DNA from: Blastocladiella emersonii ATCC 22665
Taxonomy: Eukaryota; Fungi; Blastocladiomycota
NCBI GenBank assembly: GCA_025594325.1
Contig: JANHCV010000004.1
Coordinates: 992,001-1,056,000, forward strand
DNA: 64,000 bases
Reading direction: 5' to 3'
Shown here piece after piece: positions 12,423 to 23,476 of this stretch. The position numbers and the translations under genes are program-made. The notes beneath the pieces are model-generated. The model saw nothing but the letters and a program-made list of their open reading frames with translations. It did no database searches and had not been told where the DNA came from. Position 1 is the first letter of the stretch. Each line of letters opens with the position of its first letter.

Positions 12423-13314
12423 GCACGCGCCGCTCGCGTGACGTCTCGCATCGGGCGCGACGCGTCCCGGGTGTCTCCATTTTCGAGACGCGTCCCCCGC
12501 CGCCGCGCTCCTCTTACCGCGGCAATCGACGATGGTCCCCGCCAGCGGGCGCACGTGAACGTTTTCGCCACTCTTGATGAGAGCCGCGAGACACCGCGCG
12601 AGACACTTGCGCACGCCGCACCCGCCGTGTCTCGCGCCGCGACTCATTCCCGGCGTTGCTATGTTATGATCCGCTCGAAAATGTAGTTTCACGCACTGAT
12701 CCAGGCGCGTCGCGATGCGCGCCTTGCTGCCCGCCCGGGCACCATCGCTACCGCCGCACGCTCGCGCTCCCGCGGCCTACCCTCTCCCTCCAACGTTCGC
12801 GCTCGCGCCCTCCATACTCCCTGCAACCGCCAGTACTCGACGGCGCGCACGCATCGACCATGATCAGCCCCCGCGATCCGATCCGGGTCGAGCATCCTCC
12901 CGCACAACACCATGTATCAACCATCACCTCGCCTCGCTCGCTGCCCGTGTGTGTGTGCGCGCGCATGAACATGAATGGTACGGGGGACTTTCAAGCTTAT
13001 CTCGACGACGAATCTCCTCCTTCCTCGCTTTCCCGACCCTGAGCGTCAGCGGCGGCGAGACGAGTCGGTGGCCGACGCTCCCATCCCTTCACCATCACCT
13101 CCTCTCATCCTGAGCGTCGGCGGCGGGCTCTCATCTCCTTCCCTCTCTCATCCTGAGCGTCGGCGGCGGCGAGACGCATTGGTTGAGGAGGCTCGCGCTC
13201 ATCTCTCTCATTCCTTTCCCTCGGCCGTCATTAGTGTCGGTGGCCGCGACCACGACTTGCCTCATCCTCATCATGCCCTTCCTTCCTCGAACGGCCCGGT
13301 CGCAACGCCTCCCC

Positions 13315-16300
13315 GTACCAGCAACAACAATATGATCGTGTTGCTGACTCCCGTTTGTTATCCTCGTGCCATCCCGCCCGTAACTCTTGTGTAGAGCTCG
13401 ATTTTCCTCGTCTCGCTCCTCTCCTTCTCGCTCTCCTCCCGCCCGCGTCATGCTCGTTGCCGCCGTGACGGATCGACCTACTCGCCCGGCCATGCTCGGC
13501 GACAAGCGCGGCGCGGCATCACGCTCTCGCGCGCCTGATCGACGGCGTCCACGGCTCAACGCTCGTGCAGTTCACGGCGACCAAGTAGTTCGGGTTCGGC
13601 CTTCGTACGGCCTGATCTCTGGGCAGCTGGCCGGTCGCGTACTCACACTTCTTCCTTGTGTAGTCACAGCACTACCACGGCGCCATCGCGGCCTCGTGTG
13701 TGCGCGTAACCTGTTCTCGTACGCTACCGCGTCGTCGATCCAGTGGCGGCTCGGCCTCGCCATCTCGTCGGGTTCAAGTACGCGCGGCGACACGCGCGGC
13801 GCCAACCACTACCACCATCACCAAGGCCGACCAAGTTCGCCAACGACATGTGCACCCGCTGCTCAAGTACGCGCGCGATTGAGGCGCTCCTCGCCATCCT
13901 CATGGTCATGGCCGCGCACTCGCAGCTCTAGCACTCGTGCGCAAGGAGCTCCTCGTCATCTCCATGCCCGTGGCCGCCGTGACGGGTCGACGTGCGAGCC
14001 TGGCCAAGCCCAACAACGCCCTGTTGTGCCGTCGACGCGTCGTCAAGTTCACCATCGCGTCTTCTCGTACCTGATCCACGGCGTCCAGGGCACGGCGCTC
14101 GCGCAGCTCACGGTGACCCGGGAGGTCGACTTCAGCCATCGTACGTTCTCATCTTGGCGCAGTTGGCCAATCGCGTGTTCACTCACCCCTTTGCTTTGTG
14201 TAGCCGGCCCACGATCGGTATGACGCGCCAGTATGACGCGACGCGCGCGAAGTTCGCGCCCGCGTCGATCCAGTCGCCGGCTCAGCTTCACCATCATCTC
14301 GTCGGGTCGCGTCGGATTCCAGTACGTGCTTCCCGCCTCGCGGCGCCTGCCACGGCCGCCATTGTCAAGGCCGACCGAGTCTTCAACCCACCTACTCGCG
14401 CTCGACGAGCTCATCATCATCTTCGTGCTCGTGGCCGCCGTTGTGGACCGATCCACTCGCTCGGCCATGCTCGGCAGCACCGCGCCGTGCTGTCGGCGCG
14501 GCAGCCGGGTCGGGTCGGGTCGTCTTCACGCTCTCGCGCGCATCTGATCGGCGGCAGTCGCGACGCAACGCTCTCGGCGCTCCACCATGATCGTCGAGGG
14601 CTCCTCGGCATTCGTACGCCCTGTCGTAACCTCTGTGCGGTCGACCGATTGCATGTTCACACCGCTGTTTCGCGTAGTCCTAGCGCCACCACGACGCCAT
14701 CATTAAGGGCTCGCGCGCGCACAACCTGCTTCTTGCCCGCGTCCGCATCGATCAAGTGGTGGCGGTTCCTCTTCAACATCTCGTCGGGCTCGAGGACCGG
14801 CTCGACGTCGCGCTCTCGCGCACCTGATCGACGGCGGCCATGACTCGACATCTGCACAGTTTACGGCGACCAAAGGGTTCGGCTTCAGCGTTTGTACGAC
14901 CCGATTTTTGGGCAGTTGGCCAGTCGCGTACTCACTACTCGACCTCGAGCTCGTGTAGCCGCAGCACTACCGCGACACCATCATGGCCTCGCGCGCGCGC
15001 GACTGGTTCACTTCTGCTCCCGCGTCGATCCAGTGGCGGCTCGGCCTCACCATCTCGTCGGATTCAAGTAAATACGCGCGGCGACATGCGCGGCGCCAAC
15101 CACCGCCGTCACCCAGGTCGACCAGTTCATCATCAACAACGCGTGCACTCGCTGCGTAAGTACGTGCGCGATCTAGGCGCTCCTCGTCATCTCCATGCTC
15201 TCGCGGCCGCCGTGACAGGTCGGCGCGCGATCCTGGCCAAGCTCTGCGGCGCCCTGCCCTGCCGTCGACGCATCGTCAAGTTCGCTCGCCATCACGTCTT
15301 CTCGTTCGTACCTGATCCACGGCGTCCAGGGCTCGACAATCGTGTGGTTTTTGGTGGTCAAGGAGCTCTATTTCAGCAACCGTACGTTCTCATCTTGGCG
15401 CAGCTGGCAAATCGCGTGTTCACTCACCCCTTTGCTTTGTGTGGCCTGCGCACGATCGGTATGACGTGCCAGTATGACGCGCGCGAGCGCGACGTTCTCG
15501 TTCCGCGTCGATGCAGTCGCCGGCTCAGCCTCACCATCTCGTCGGGTCGGCTTCCAGTACGTGCCTCTCACCGCGCGGCGCCTGCCACGACCGCCATCGC
15601 CAATGCCGACCGAGTCGTCGACCGCCACGCGCGCCATCGCGTCTCACCTACTCGCGCTCGACAAGCTCCTCCCCATCCACTTGCCCGTGACCACCGTTGC
15701 GGGTCGATCTACTCGCGCGACCATGCACTGCGCGACATCGCCGTGCCGTCGACGCAGCAGCTGGGTCGCCACCACACTCTTGAACCTCATCGGCGGCAGA
15801 CGCGGCTCAACGCTTTCGGCGCTCGGCGCTCGGCGGTGATTGTCAAGGACTTTCACGGCATTTGTACGTTCCGCCGTCGCCGCGGTCAGCTGATCGCATG
15901 CTCACATCGCTGCCCTCGTGTAGTCGTCGCGCCACCACAACACCATCATCCAGGCCTCGTGTGCGCGCGCGCAACTTCTACTCGCCCGCGCCCGCACTGA
16001 TCAAGTGGCGGCGGTTCCTCCTCAGCATCGCGTCGGGATCGAGAACCAGCTCGACGTCGCGCTCCCGCGCACCTGATCGACGGCAGCCGCAGCTCGAGAC
16101 TCGCGCGGTTCATGGTAACCAAGGGGGGTACAGTAACGCCCCAGCGTTCGTATGTCCTGATCCGAGCGCGGTTGCCGATCGCGTGTTCACCCGTTTGCCT
16201 CGTGTAGCCATCACAGAACGGGTGGAACCACATCACGATCGTCGCCTCGCGCGCGCGACATGATCTCGTCGGCGTCCAGATTGATCCAGCGGCGGTTCGG

Positions 16301-17275
16301 CAGCTTCAACACCTCGTCGGGCTCTGGCGCACATCGCCGACGCGACGCGCCTGGTCGCCGACCATTCTGGCGCCAGCTGGGCGTACATTCTCGGTACTTT
16401 GCAACGTGTGCTCCTGCAAACGAAACCTCGTAGCTGACTCGTGCATCGTGTAGTGGTCGTGGCGCATCAACCCCAAGTCCGGCGGAGCCTGGCGTCGCCA
16501 GGCCATCAACACGGCGTGGGGCTGCACCATCACCACAGCGGCTGGGGTCGTCTTCACGCTCTCACGCGCCTGATCGGCTGCAGCAGTCGCGGCTCTCGCG
16601 ACTCGAGTTCTACCGGCGGTCCATGGTGGTGATCGATATGTTTCTCCGCACTCGTACGTTCTGCTGTCGCTGCGGTCGACCGATCGCGTGTTCACACTGC
16701 CGTTTCGCGTAGGTGCCACACGACCAGGGCCACGACTTGGCCACCACGCGTGCGCGCAAGCTGTTCTTGTCCACGTCGATTCCGTGGCCCACTCGGCTTC
16801 GACATTTCGTCAGGCTCTAACACGGGCATGTTGCCGTGCGACGTCAGTCACGACGGCCGACCGAGTTCTCAACAAGCGCTCGTACACGCTGCTCAAGGAG
16901 GTCGTGTCGCAGCTCGACGCTCTCGGCGGTCCACGGTGATCATCGAGGGGTTTTACGGCACTCGTACATTCTGCTGCCGCCGCGGTTGACCGATCGCGTG
17001 CTCACACCGCCGCTTCGTGTAGCTACGACAGCCTCAACATCTCGTCGGACTCTGGTACACGTCGCCGACTCGAGAGACCAACCACCACCACCAGCACCGC
17101 GGCGGACCAGGCCCTCAACAGTGTCACGTTTGCTTGCGCGGCTCAAGTACTCGCGCTCGAGGCGGGCCGTCGGGTACCTCAACTCGTCGACCACTTTGGG
17201 ACTCGGTACGGCTCATCTCCAACTCGCATCCCGAGTGCTACTCGCTGACTCTTTGCTTGCTCATCTCCCGAACAG
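13315..17275 (+). pseudogene. Decayed multi-intron repeat gene / exon+intron cassette array
   Basis: Twelve intron-like segments, mostly GTA[CT]...[CG]TGTAG, 58-80 nt. They are separated by homologous exon-like units (consensus-like HxxxIIxASRARNxFSxAPASIxWRxxLxISSGS and AHLIDGxxxSTLAQFTxTK). Motifs fall in shifting frames with stops. Confidence 0.7.
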
Positions 17276-18838
17276 ACTCTCGACACCATCCCACTGCTAC
17301 CGCGCCCAAGAACATTCACCCCGCGTACGCTTTGCGTCCCGACCATGGCCATCTACGACCTCGACACGCTGCTCGTCTCGTCTCGTCTCGCCCAACATTG
17401 CTGGACTGGTACACGTCGACCCGCTCGCGCGCACTTCACTCGCGCGTCCCCATCACCGCCCCGCACGGCTCCTGTATCGCGACGCACCTCCTCTCCCCTC
17501 CACCACCTCACCTCCCCTTGATGTTTCCCTCGCATCCCGTCTGGGAAGCCAACCCATTGTATCAGCCTACCTGCGGCGTGCAAAACGGGTGCATCCAAGG
17601 TGTGCCGCTCCCGCAGTCGGCTGCTGCCTCTTCACCCCTTGCGCGCACCCATCGTCCAGACTCTTGTCGCATACCCACCAATCGCTCCCTCGTCCGCTGT
17701 CTCTCCAACTCGTCATCGTCTCCTGGATCGCGCCGCGAAGGGTCCTCGACGCACGTGCCGCATCACCCGTCCCGCGCGGTGACCTCGCCAAGCGAGTAGC
17801 GGGACCGATGGTGCGGCACCTCTGCGAGTATGGGACTCTCTCTGCTGGTCGGCTGGGGTCGTTGTCAACCTCGAGGGCAGGCTGGATGGAGCTGGGTTGT
17901 GGGTGGTTTCGACGCGCCAGCGGTGAGTGGGGTAGCGACCTTTGGTGCATCCCAAGTCGTGCGTCGTGGCGGCGGTGTCGCAGTTCCCATTAATCGGGAC
18001 CCGTTCCTCGTTCTGACCCCTTCTCCTCCACTTGACCCTCTCGTACTGCAGCATGTGACACGCGCGTCAGTCGGCGAGCCGGTTCTCGACCGGCCCGACC
18101 AGACGAGGCTGGGGCGGGCTCAAGCGAGCGCGACGGCGCGTGGGACCGAACCGCGGCGTCGGTTGGCCGTGGTCTCTCTCTGTTTGAACAAACTACATCC
18201 CGTTCTTTACCTCTATGTCTATGTCTATGTCTATGTCTATGTCTATGTCTATCTCTATGTCTATCTCTATTGCGCCTATTTGTCTCGCCCCTCGACCGTG
18301 CGAGAACACGAGAAAGTGGAGACGCGTCGAACAAACACGTGAGCGGGGCGAGACAGCGCGCTGATCGCTCCGTGTCCCATGCCACGGACGAGCGCCGCCG
18401 CGGCCCCTCCCTTGCGCCCTCACTCGCCCACTACCATGAAGCACTGCACTCCCTGCAATATAATCGGATGGATCGTGGTCGTGGATTGCGCCGCCGTCTC
18501 GGGGGCAACGTCCGCTGAGTTGAGTTGAAGCGGCATCGACCTGCTCTCTCGGCTCGGTTGGTCGAGGCGGGTAGAGACTGCGGGGGCTTGAGAGAGCAAT
18601 AAGTCACTGCGCATCCGCCGCGGGTCCGCACGGGTCAGGTGAAGCTGCAGGCCCCGTGAGCCGCTGCGCGCCTTGCAGTGAGAGGTCGAGGTATGCGGGG
18701 CGCCGCTGCTGCTGCTGAACCGCGACGGCTGCGGCAACAGTCCTTGGCCACGCTTCTCCACTTTCGCTTGTTCCCGAGTCGCAGTCGCAGATACAGCTCG
18801 GCTGCAACTGCGCCCAGCAGCTGTCCCAGTCGCAGACC

Positions 18839-19147
18839 CGGCCGACAACGTCAAGTTCATCCCGAGCAACGAGAACTCGGCCGGGTTCCAGGTGCTGCGC
18901 GCGGTGCTGCTCGTGTCGCGGCCCTTCTACGCGCTGCTGCTGCTGCTCATGACCTTCATCGCGTCGCTCGGCAACAACCCGAAATCGGCGCGCGGCGTGT
19001 TCCACGGCATCATCGCGTCGTTTGCCCTGATCGCCGTCATCCTGCTCGCCATCATCGTGCTGTCGACGGCCGCGCAGCTGCAGATCGCCAAGTTCTCGTT
19101 CACCAACCTGCAGTGGGCCCGCGAGTCGGGCGCTGTCGTGGTGTGGA
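18839..19147 (+). pseudogene. Inverted 309-bp copy of an internal CHS exon segment, 162 bp past the CHS stop
   Basis: Versus source 20547-20245: 5 substitutions and two 3-nt insertions by my manual alignment. Confidence 0.92.
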
Positions 19148-19308
19148 TGCAGCAGCTCGTTCAAGTCTTGGCTCATGGCTGCGAGTTTGGACGCGAGGGA
19201 TACGAGAGACAAGGACCGGAGGTGTATGAGAGCAAAAACGCAAATTCACAAAGGGTAGGGGAGGGATAACATCACAAACGGGCACGACGGGCGGTCGTCG
19301 CGTCGCAC

Positions 19309-22300
19309 CTACGAGAACCACACGTTCTGGATGCGGTACAGCGTCGAGAAGACGAACCGGAACGCCGAGAACCCGAGCACGACGTTGAACAGCAGGTTGA
19401 GGTACCCCGCGGCAAAGTCCGGGTTCTTGATGCCGACCGACGCGGGCGACAGCAGGATGAACAGCAGGCCGCCGTTGATGATGATCCACGCGAGCAGCCA
19501 GTACGTGCGGAACCGCTTGAACAGGTCGATCTGCTGGTGCTGCGCCTTTGGCGGCTTCGGGTTCTCCTGCATCAGCTGCACGAGCAGATCGAACTCCTCC
19601 TTGCGGTCCTGGTAGTACTCGGTGTCGTCCAGGAACGGCTCCTTGGCCAGGTCGCGCGACCGGATCTCGCGCTTCGGCGGAGCCGCCGCCGCCCCGGCAC
19701 CCCCAGCGCTCGGCTTGGCCTCGATATGCACGTCCTCAGACCCTTTCGTCCCCCAGCTCGTCTCTGCGGGCGGGCAAATTTGAGTGTTGGTAAGTGTCGG
19801 TGAGTGGGGTGAGTGGTGGTGGATGCGGAGAGGTAGAGGTCGAGTGGTGGCGGTGATCGCGAGTCGGCCGGGGTGGATCGGAGGTCAAAGGAAGCGAGTG
19901 AGTCACGCAAGGAAACGTACCCGAGATGTTGCTGAACGCGAAGATCTAGACAAATGTTCCGATGGATGATAGTTGTGGGCGGTGGGCGGTGGGCGGTGGG
20001 TGGTGGTGGGTGGTGGTGGGTGGAGTTGGACGGTGGTGGCGAAGATCAAGCGAGGGCAGTGAGTTGGACACATTTGAGCGACGCTTCGTGAGACAGGAAC
20101 GGACGAAACGTACCTGCAGGACGTTGATGTAGAACGGGCTGAGCAGCGTGTACTGGATGATGTTGAAGATCGGGTGGTACCAGTCGCCGTAGATGAGCGA
20201 CGACACGATGTAGAGGCCCCACGTCGCGAGCAGCGCGAGCAGCGTCCACACGACGGCACCCGACTCGCGGGCCCACTGCAGGTTGGTGAACGAGAACTTG
20301 GCGATCTGCAGCTGCGCGGCCGTCGACAGCACGATGATGGCGAGCATGATGACGGCGATCAGGGCAAACGACGCGATGATGCCGTGGAACACGCCGCGCG
20401 CCGATTTCGGGCTGTTGCCGAGCGACGCGATGAAGGTCATGAGCAGCAGCAGCGCGTAGAAGGGCCGCGACACGAGCAGCACCGCGCGCAGCACCTGGAA
20501 CCCGGCCGAGTTCTCGTTGCTCGGGATGAACTTGATGTTGTCGGCCGCGGGCTGCTCCATGAACTTGACGAACCCGGCGACGAGGTAGTGGTACGAAAAG
20601 TAGAAGTTGCAGAGCGAGATGTAGCTGAAGATGAAGTTGAGGATGAGGTACGCGAACTCGAACGACAGGACGAGCTTGCGGACGAACGTGTGGCCCGACG
20701 TCCAGATGCGGTTGGCGTGCATGAGGGCGTACAGCAGCGCGAACGTGGACCCGTTGAGCCAGCGGCGACGCTGCGGGATGAGCTCGGTGAACTCGTCGGG
20801 CGCGTCCGTCACGGCCACCGACGACTTGTCGTACCGCAGCACCCAGCCGGCGTCCTTGCGGGTCGTGATTTCGAAGCACAGGATGCTAAGGAAAGGCGAG
20901 ACGTGAGTGGACAGGGGCGGCGAGGGCAGAAAGCGAGGAGGGGCGAAGGACAAGGGACGCGTACCGATCTTCCGCGAGGTACATGTTCCGCTGGAAGATA
21001 CCGCCAGATACCTCGACTTTTTCGCCGTAGAAGTACTCCTGGAGCGGGCGGCCCTCGAGAGCGGCGTAGCGATACGCGGAGAAGGCTCCGGGAAGTACCG
21101 TGATGTACCCCATCATACTTTCGATCGGCTTGTCCAAAATGTTGCTCATTTTGTACTCGAAATTCTGCGCAGCGACGATCGGGTTGAGCAGCGACTTGAA
21201 ATCGCCCTCGACGGCGATCTCGCCGCAGGCGCCGCCGACCTGGGGGTCGAGGAACATCTTCCAGAGGCGGTAGATGGACAGCGGCTGCGGCTGGGTGCCG
21301 GCGTCGATGAGCACGACCACGTTGGGCTTGAGGACCGGGCAGAAGGCCGTGAGGGCCCAGCGGTGCGAGTTGATCTTTTTGGCGTTCTTCTCCTTGAGGC
21401 AGAAGATGGTCTGCATCGGCACGATCTTGCGCTTGGTCGACGTGAGGTTGTTGACGAGCGTCGTGCCCTTCTCGGGCGCCGAGTCGAAGTTGTTGGTGAT
21501 GGTGGACTCGAACAGGTGCGCCGAAACGTCCTCGCCGTTGAAGGTGGCCCGGATCAGGCCGTCGCGGTAGCCGCCCATCATGGACAGGATCGTGATCACG
21601 GCCGGGTCGATCTTAGCCCTACCATCTGAGACGATGGCGACAACGACCTTGCGCCAGGCGTCCTCCTGGCCCCAGTGGGCCGAATCGGCGTCCAGCATCT
21701 GCCGAATGTTGTCGTGCACCGCCTGCATCGTTTTTACAAAAAGTTGGCCTGGTTCCTGCACAAACGGGCGAGAAACAGTCAAAACAAGCGATTCCCAGCG
21801 ATTCCCATCGATACCCGTCGATTCCCGTCGAGTTAGAAGAAAGGGGAGCGCGTACGTTGTACATGGTGACGACGATCATGAGCTCGATGTCGTTCTTCGA
21901 GTGGATCAGGTTGTACTTGCCGGGGAACTCGGCGGGCGTGCCCGTGACGGCCGTGTAGCGAAGCCTAAACGTTGGGATCAAAAGGAAGCGAAGGGATGAG
22001 TGAGAAAGTGAGTGGGGAGCGGGCGAGGCGCGAGGCGCGAGGAGGCGGCCGCGGCCACGCGACGCGTTCGGCAGCCACGTACGTCGTGAACTCACTGTCC
22101 TGGCCGGGCTGTAGCAGCTGCGGCGGGATCTTGACCGTGACGGGGTTCGGCTGGCCGACCTGAGCGCGGATCGTGAGGGCCTTGGCCGGGTCGAAGGCCT
22201 CGCCGTTGGCCGCGGCCGCGACGGTCGGCGACACCGTGGCCGCAGCAGCACCGGCACCGAGGGACGTGGTGGCGGCGTAGGTCGTCGTCGTCGTGGCCGT

Positions 22301-22699
22301 GGTGATGACCGAGGGCGCGCCAGTCGCAATCTGGACGCGGTGGTCGGCCGACGAGGCGGCCGTGGGCGGCGGGTAGGCGCCGGTGGCCTGCGGCATGAGG
22401 CCGGCGGGCGGGGCGCCCGAGAGGTCGACCATGGCGTAGCCCTGCTGCTGCTGGACCTGCGTCTGCTGCTGGTGGTGGTACACGGTGTGCTGCTGCTGCT
22501 GCTGGCCGGGCATCGGGGCCTGGGCGTAGACGGGCGACGGCGGCGAGTAGGCGCCGTTCCCGGTCGGCATGGGCATCATGGGCGCGGCGTTGACGACGTT
22601 GCCGGGCGGGTACGGCAGGGCGCCGGTCGAGTCGCCGCCAGCGCCGCCGAGCGGCAGGTAGCCGTTGGCCCGGTTGGGCGAGACGGGGATGCGATCCAT
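19309..22699 (-). CDS. CHS: Chitin synthase, division 1 (class I-III type)
   Basis: Motifs [80 protein letters not shown]. Multi-exon; start taken at ATG 22699; TAG at 19309-19311. Confidence 0.96.
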
Positions 22700-23476
22700 G
22701 GGGCGCAGGTGTGCGGTGTGCAACGAAGTGAGTGCACTGTCTACTTCTTAGGGAGAGAGGGAGGGGAAGTTGAGGGAGGGAGCGACCTTTGAAGGCGCCA
22801 AGTTGCGTGCAGTCGCCGCAGCCACCCGAAACCGCAGCCGGTGGCTCCCGCTGTCTCCCTGTTCACCGTAAAGTCGCGATTGGCCGGCTGGCGCGCCCTC
22901 GTGGTCGAGAAATGAACGTCGACTTCCACGCGCGGAAAATAGACGCCGAATTAGGCCCCTCACCTGTACCTTGACCTACTTCACGCGTCATGGCCAACAT
23001 GCACGGCAGTCGCGGTGGCCGTGGCGGCGGCGGCGGCGGCGTGGCGGTGGCGGTGGCCGCGGTGCGAGACACTTCGCGCGCGCGTGTCCACGTGTTGGGA
23101 GACATGCGTCACTCCCGGTCGGTCGCGATCTCGCACGCGTCGAACTTTGCCGCGGATAAGAGCGCTGCTAGGGCTTATAGTCCAGGTCGCGTTTGCGGGC
23201 ACCTGAAGAATGAACCTCATGCATCGGCACGTTCCGCGGCGGCCGGCAGAGCTTGGCGCTCAAGATTGGGTGCTCGTGTCCGCGCTCGCCGTTGCCCTCG
23301 TTGCCGTCACCGCCGCCGCCCAGGGCGGACGCCCCTGATGCTGTCACCATGTGGGATGGCAACGTGCCCGCGCCATCAAGCGAGCCGTGGGCGTGCCCTC
23401 GCAGCCTCGCTGGCCTCGCCGACCCCGCTCTCATCGCTCGCTCCTCGCTCCGTAAGCTTATGGAACCAGCTTCATC

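Larger units (their letters stand above)
12423..19731. repeat. Right arm of 16.2-kb inverted repeat; overlaps the 3' end of the intact CHS gene
   Basis: Reverse complement of 3527-10835. Confidence 0.97.

Noticed and set aside
13605-17275. Introner-type mobile introns
   Set aside because: The flanking exon-like sequence is co-duplicated with each intron, which fits tandem duplication. No similar introns were seen in the window's other genes.
3527-19731. Foldback-type transposon (long internally repetitive TIRs around a loop)
   Set aside because: The arms end inside a host CHS exon, there is no target-site duplication at 3526/19732, and no transposase-like ORF is visible in the loop.
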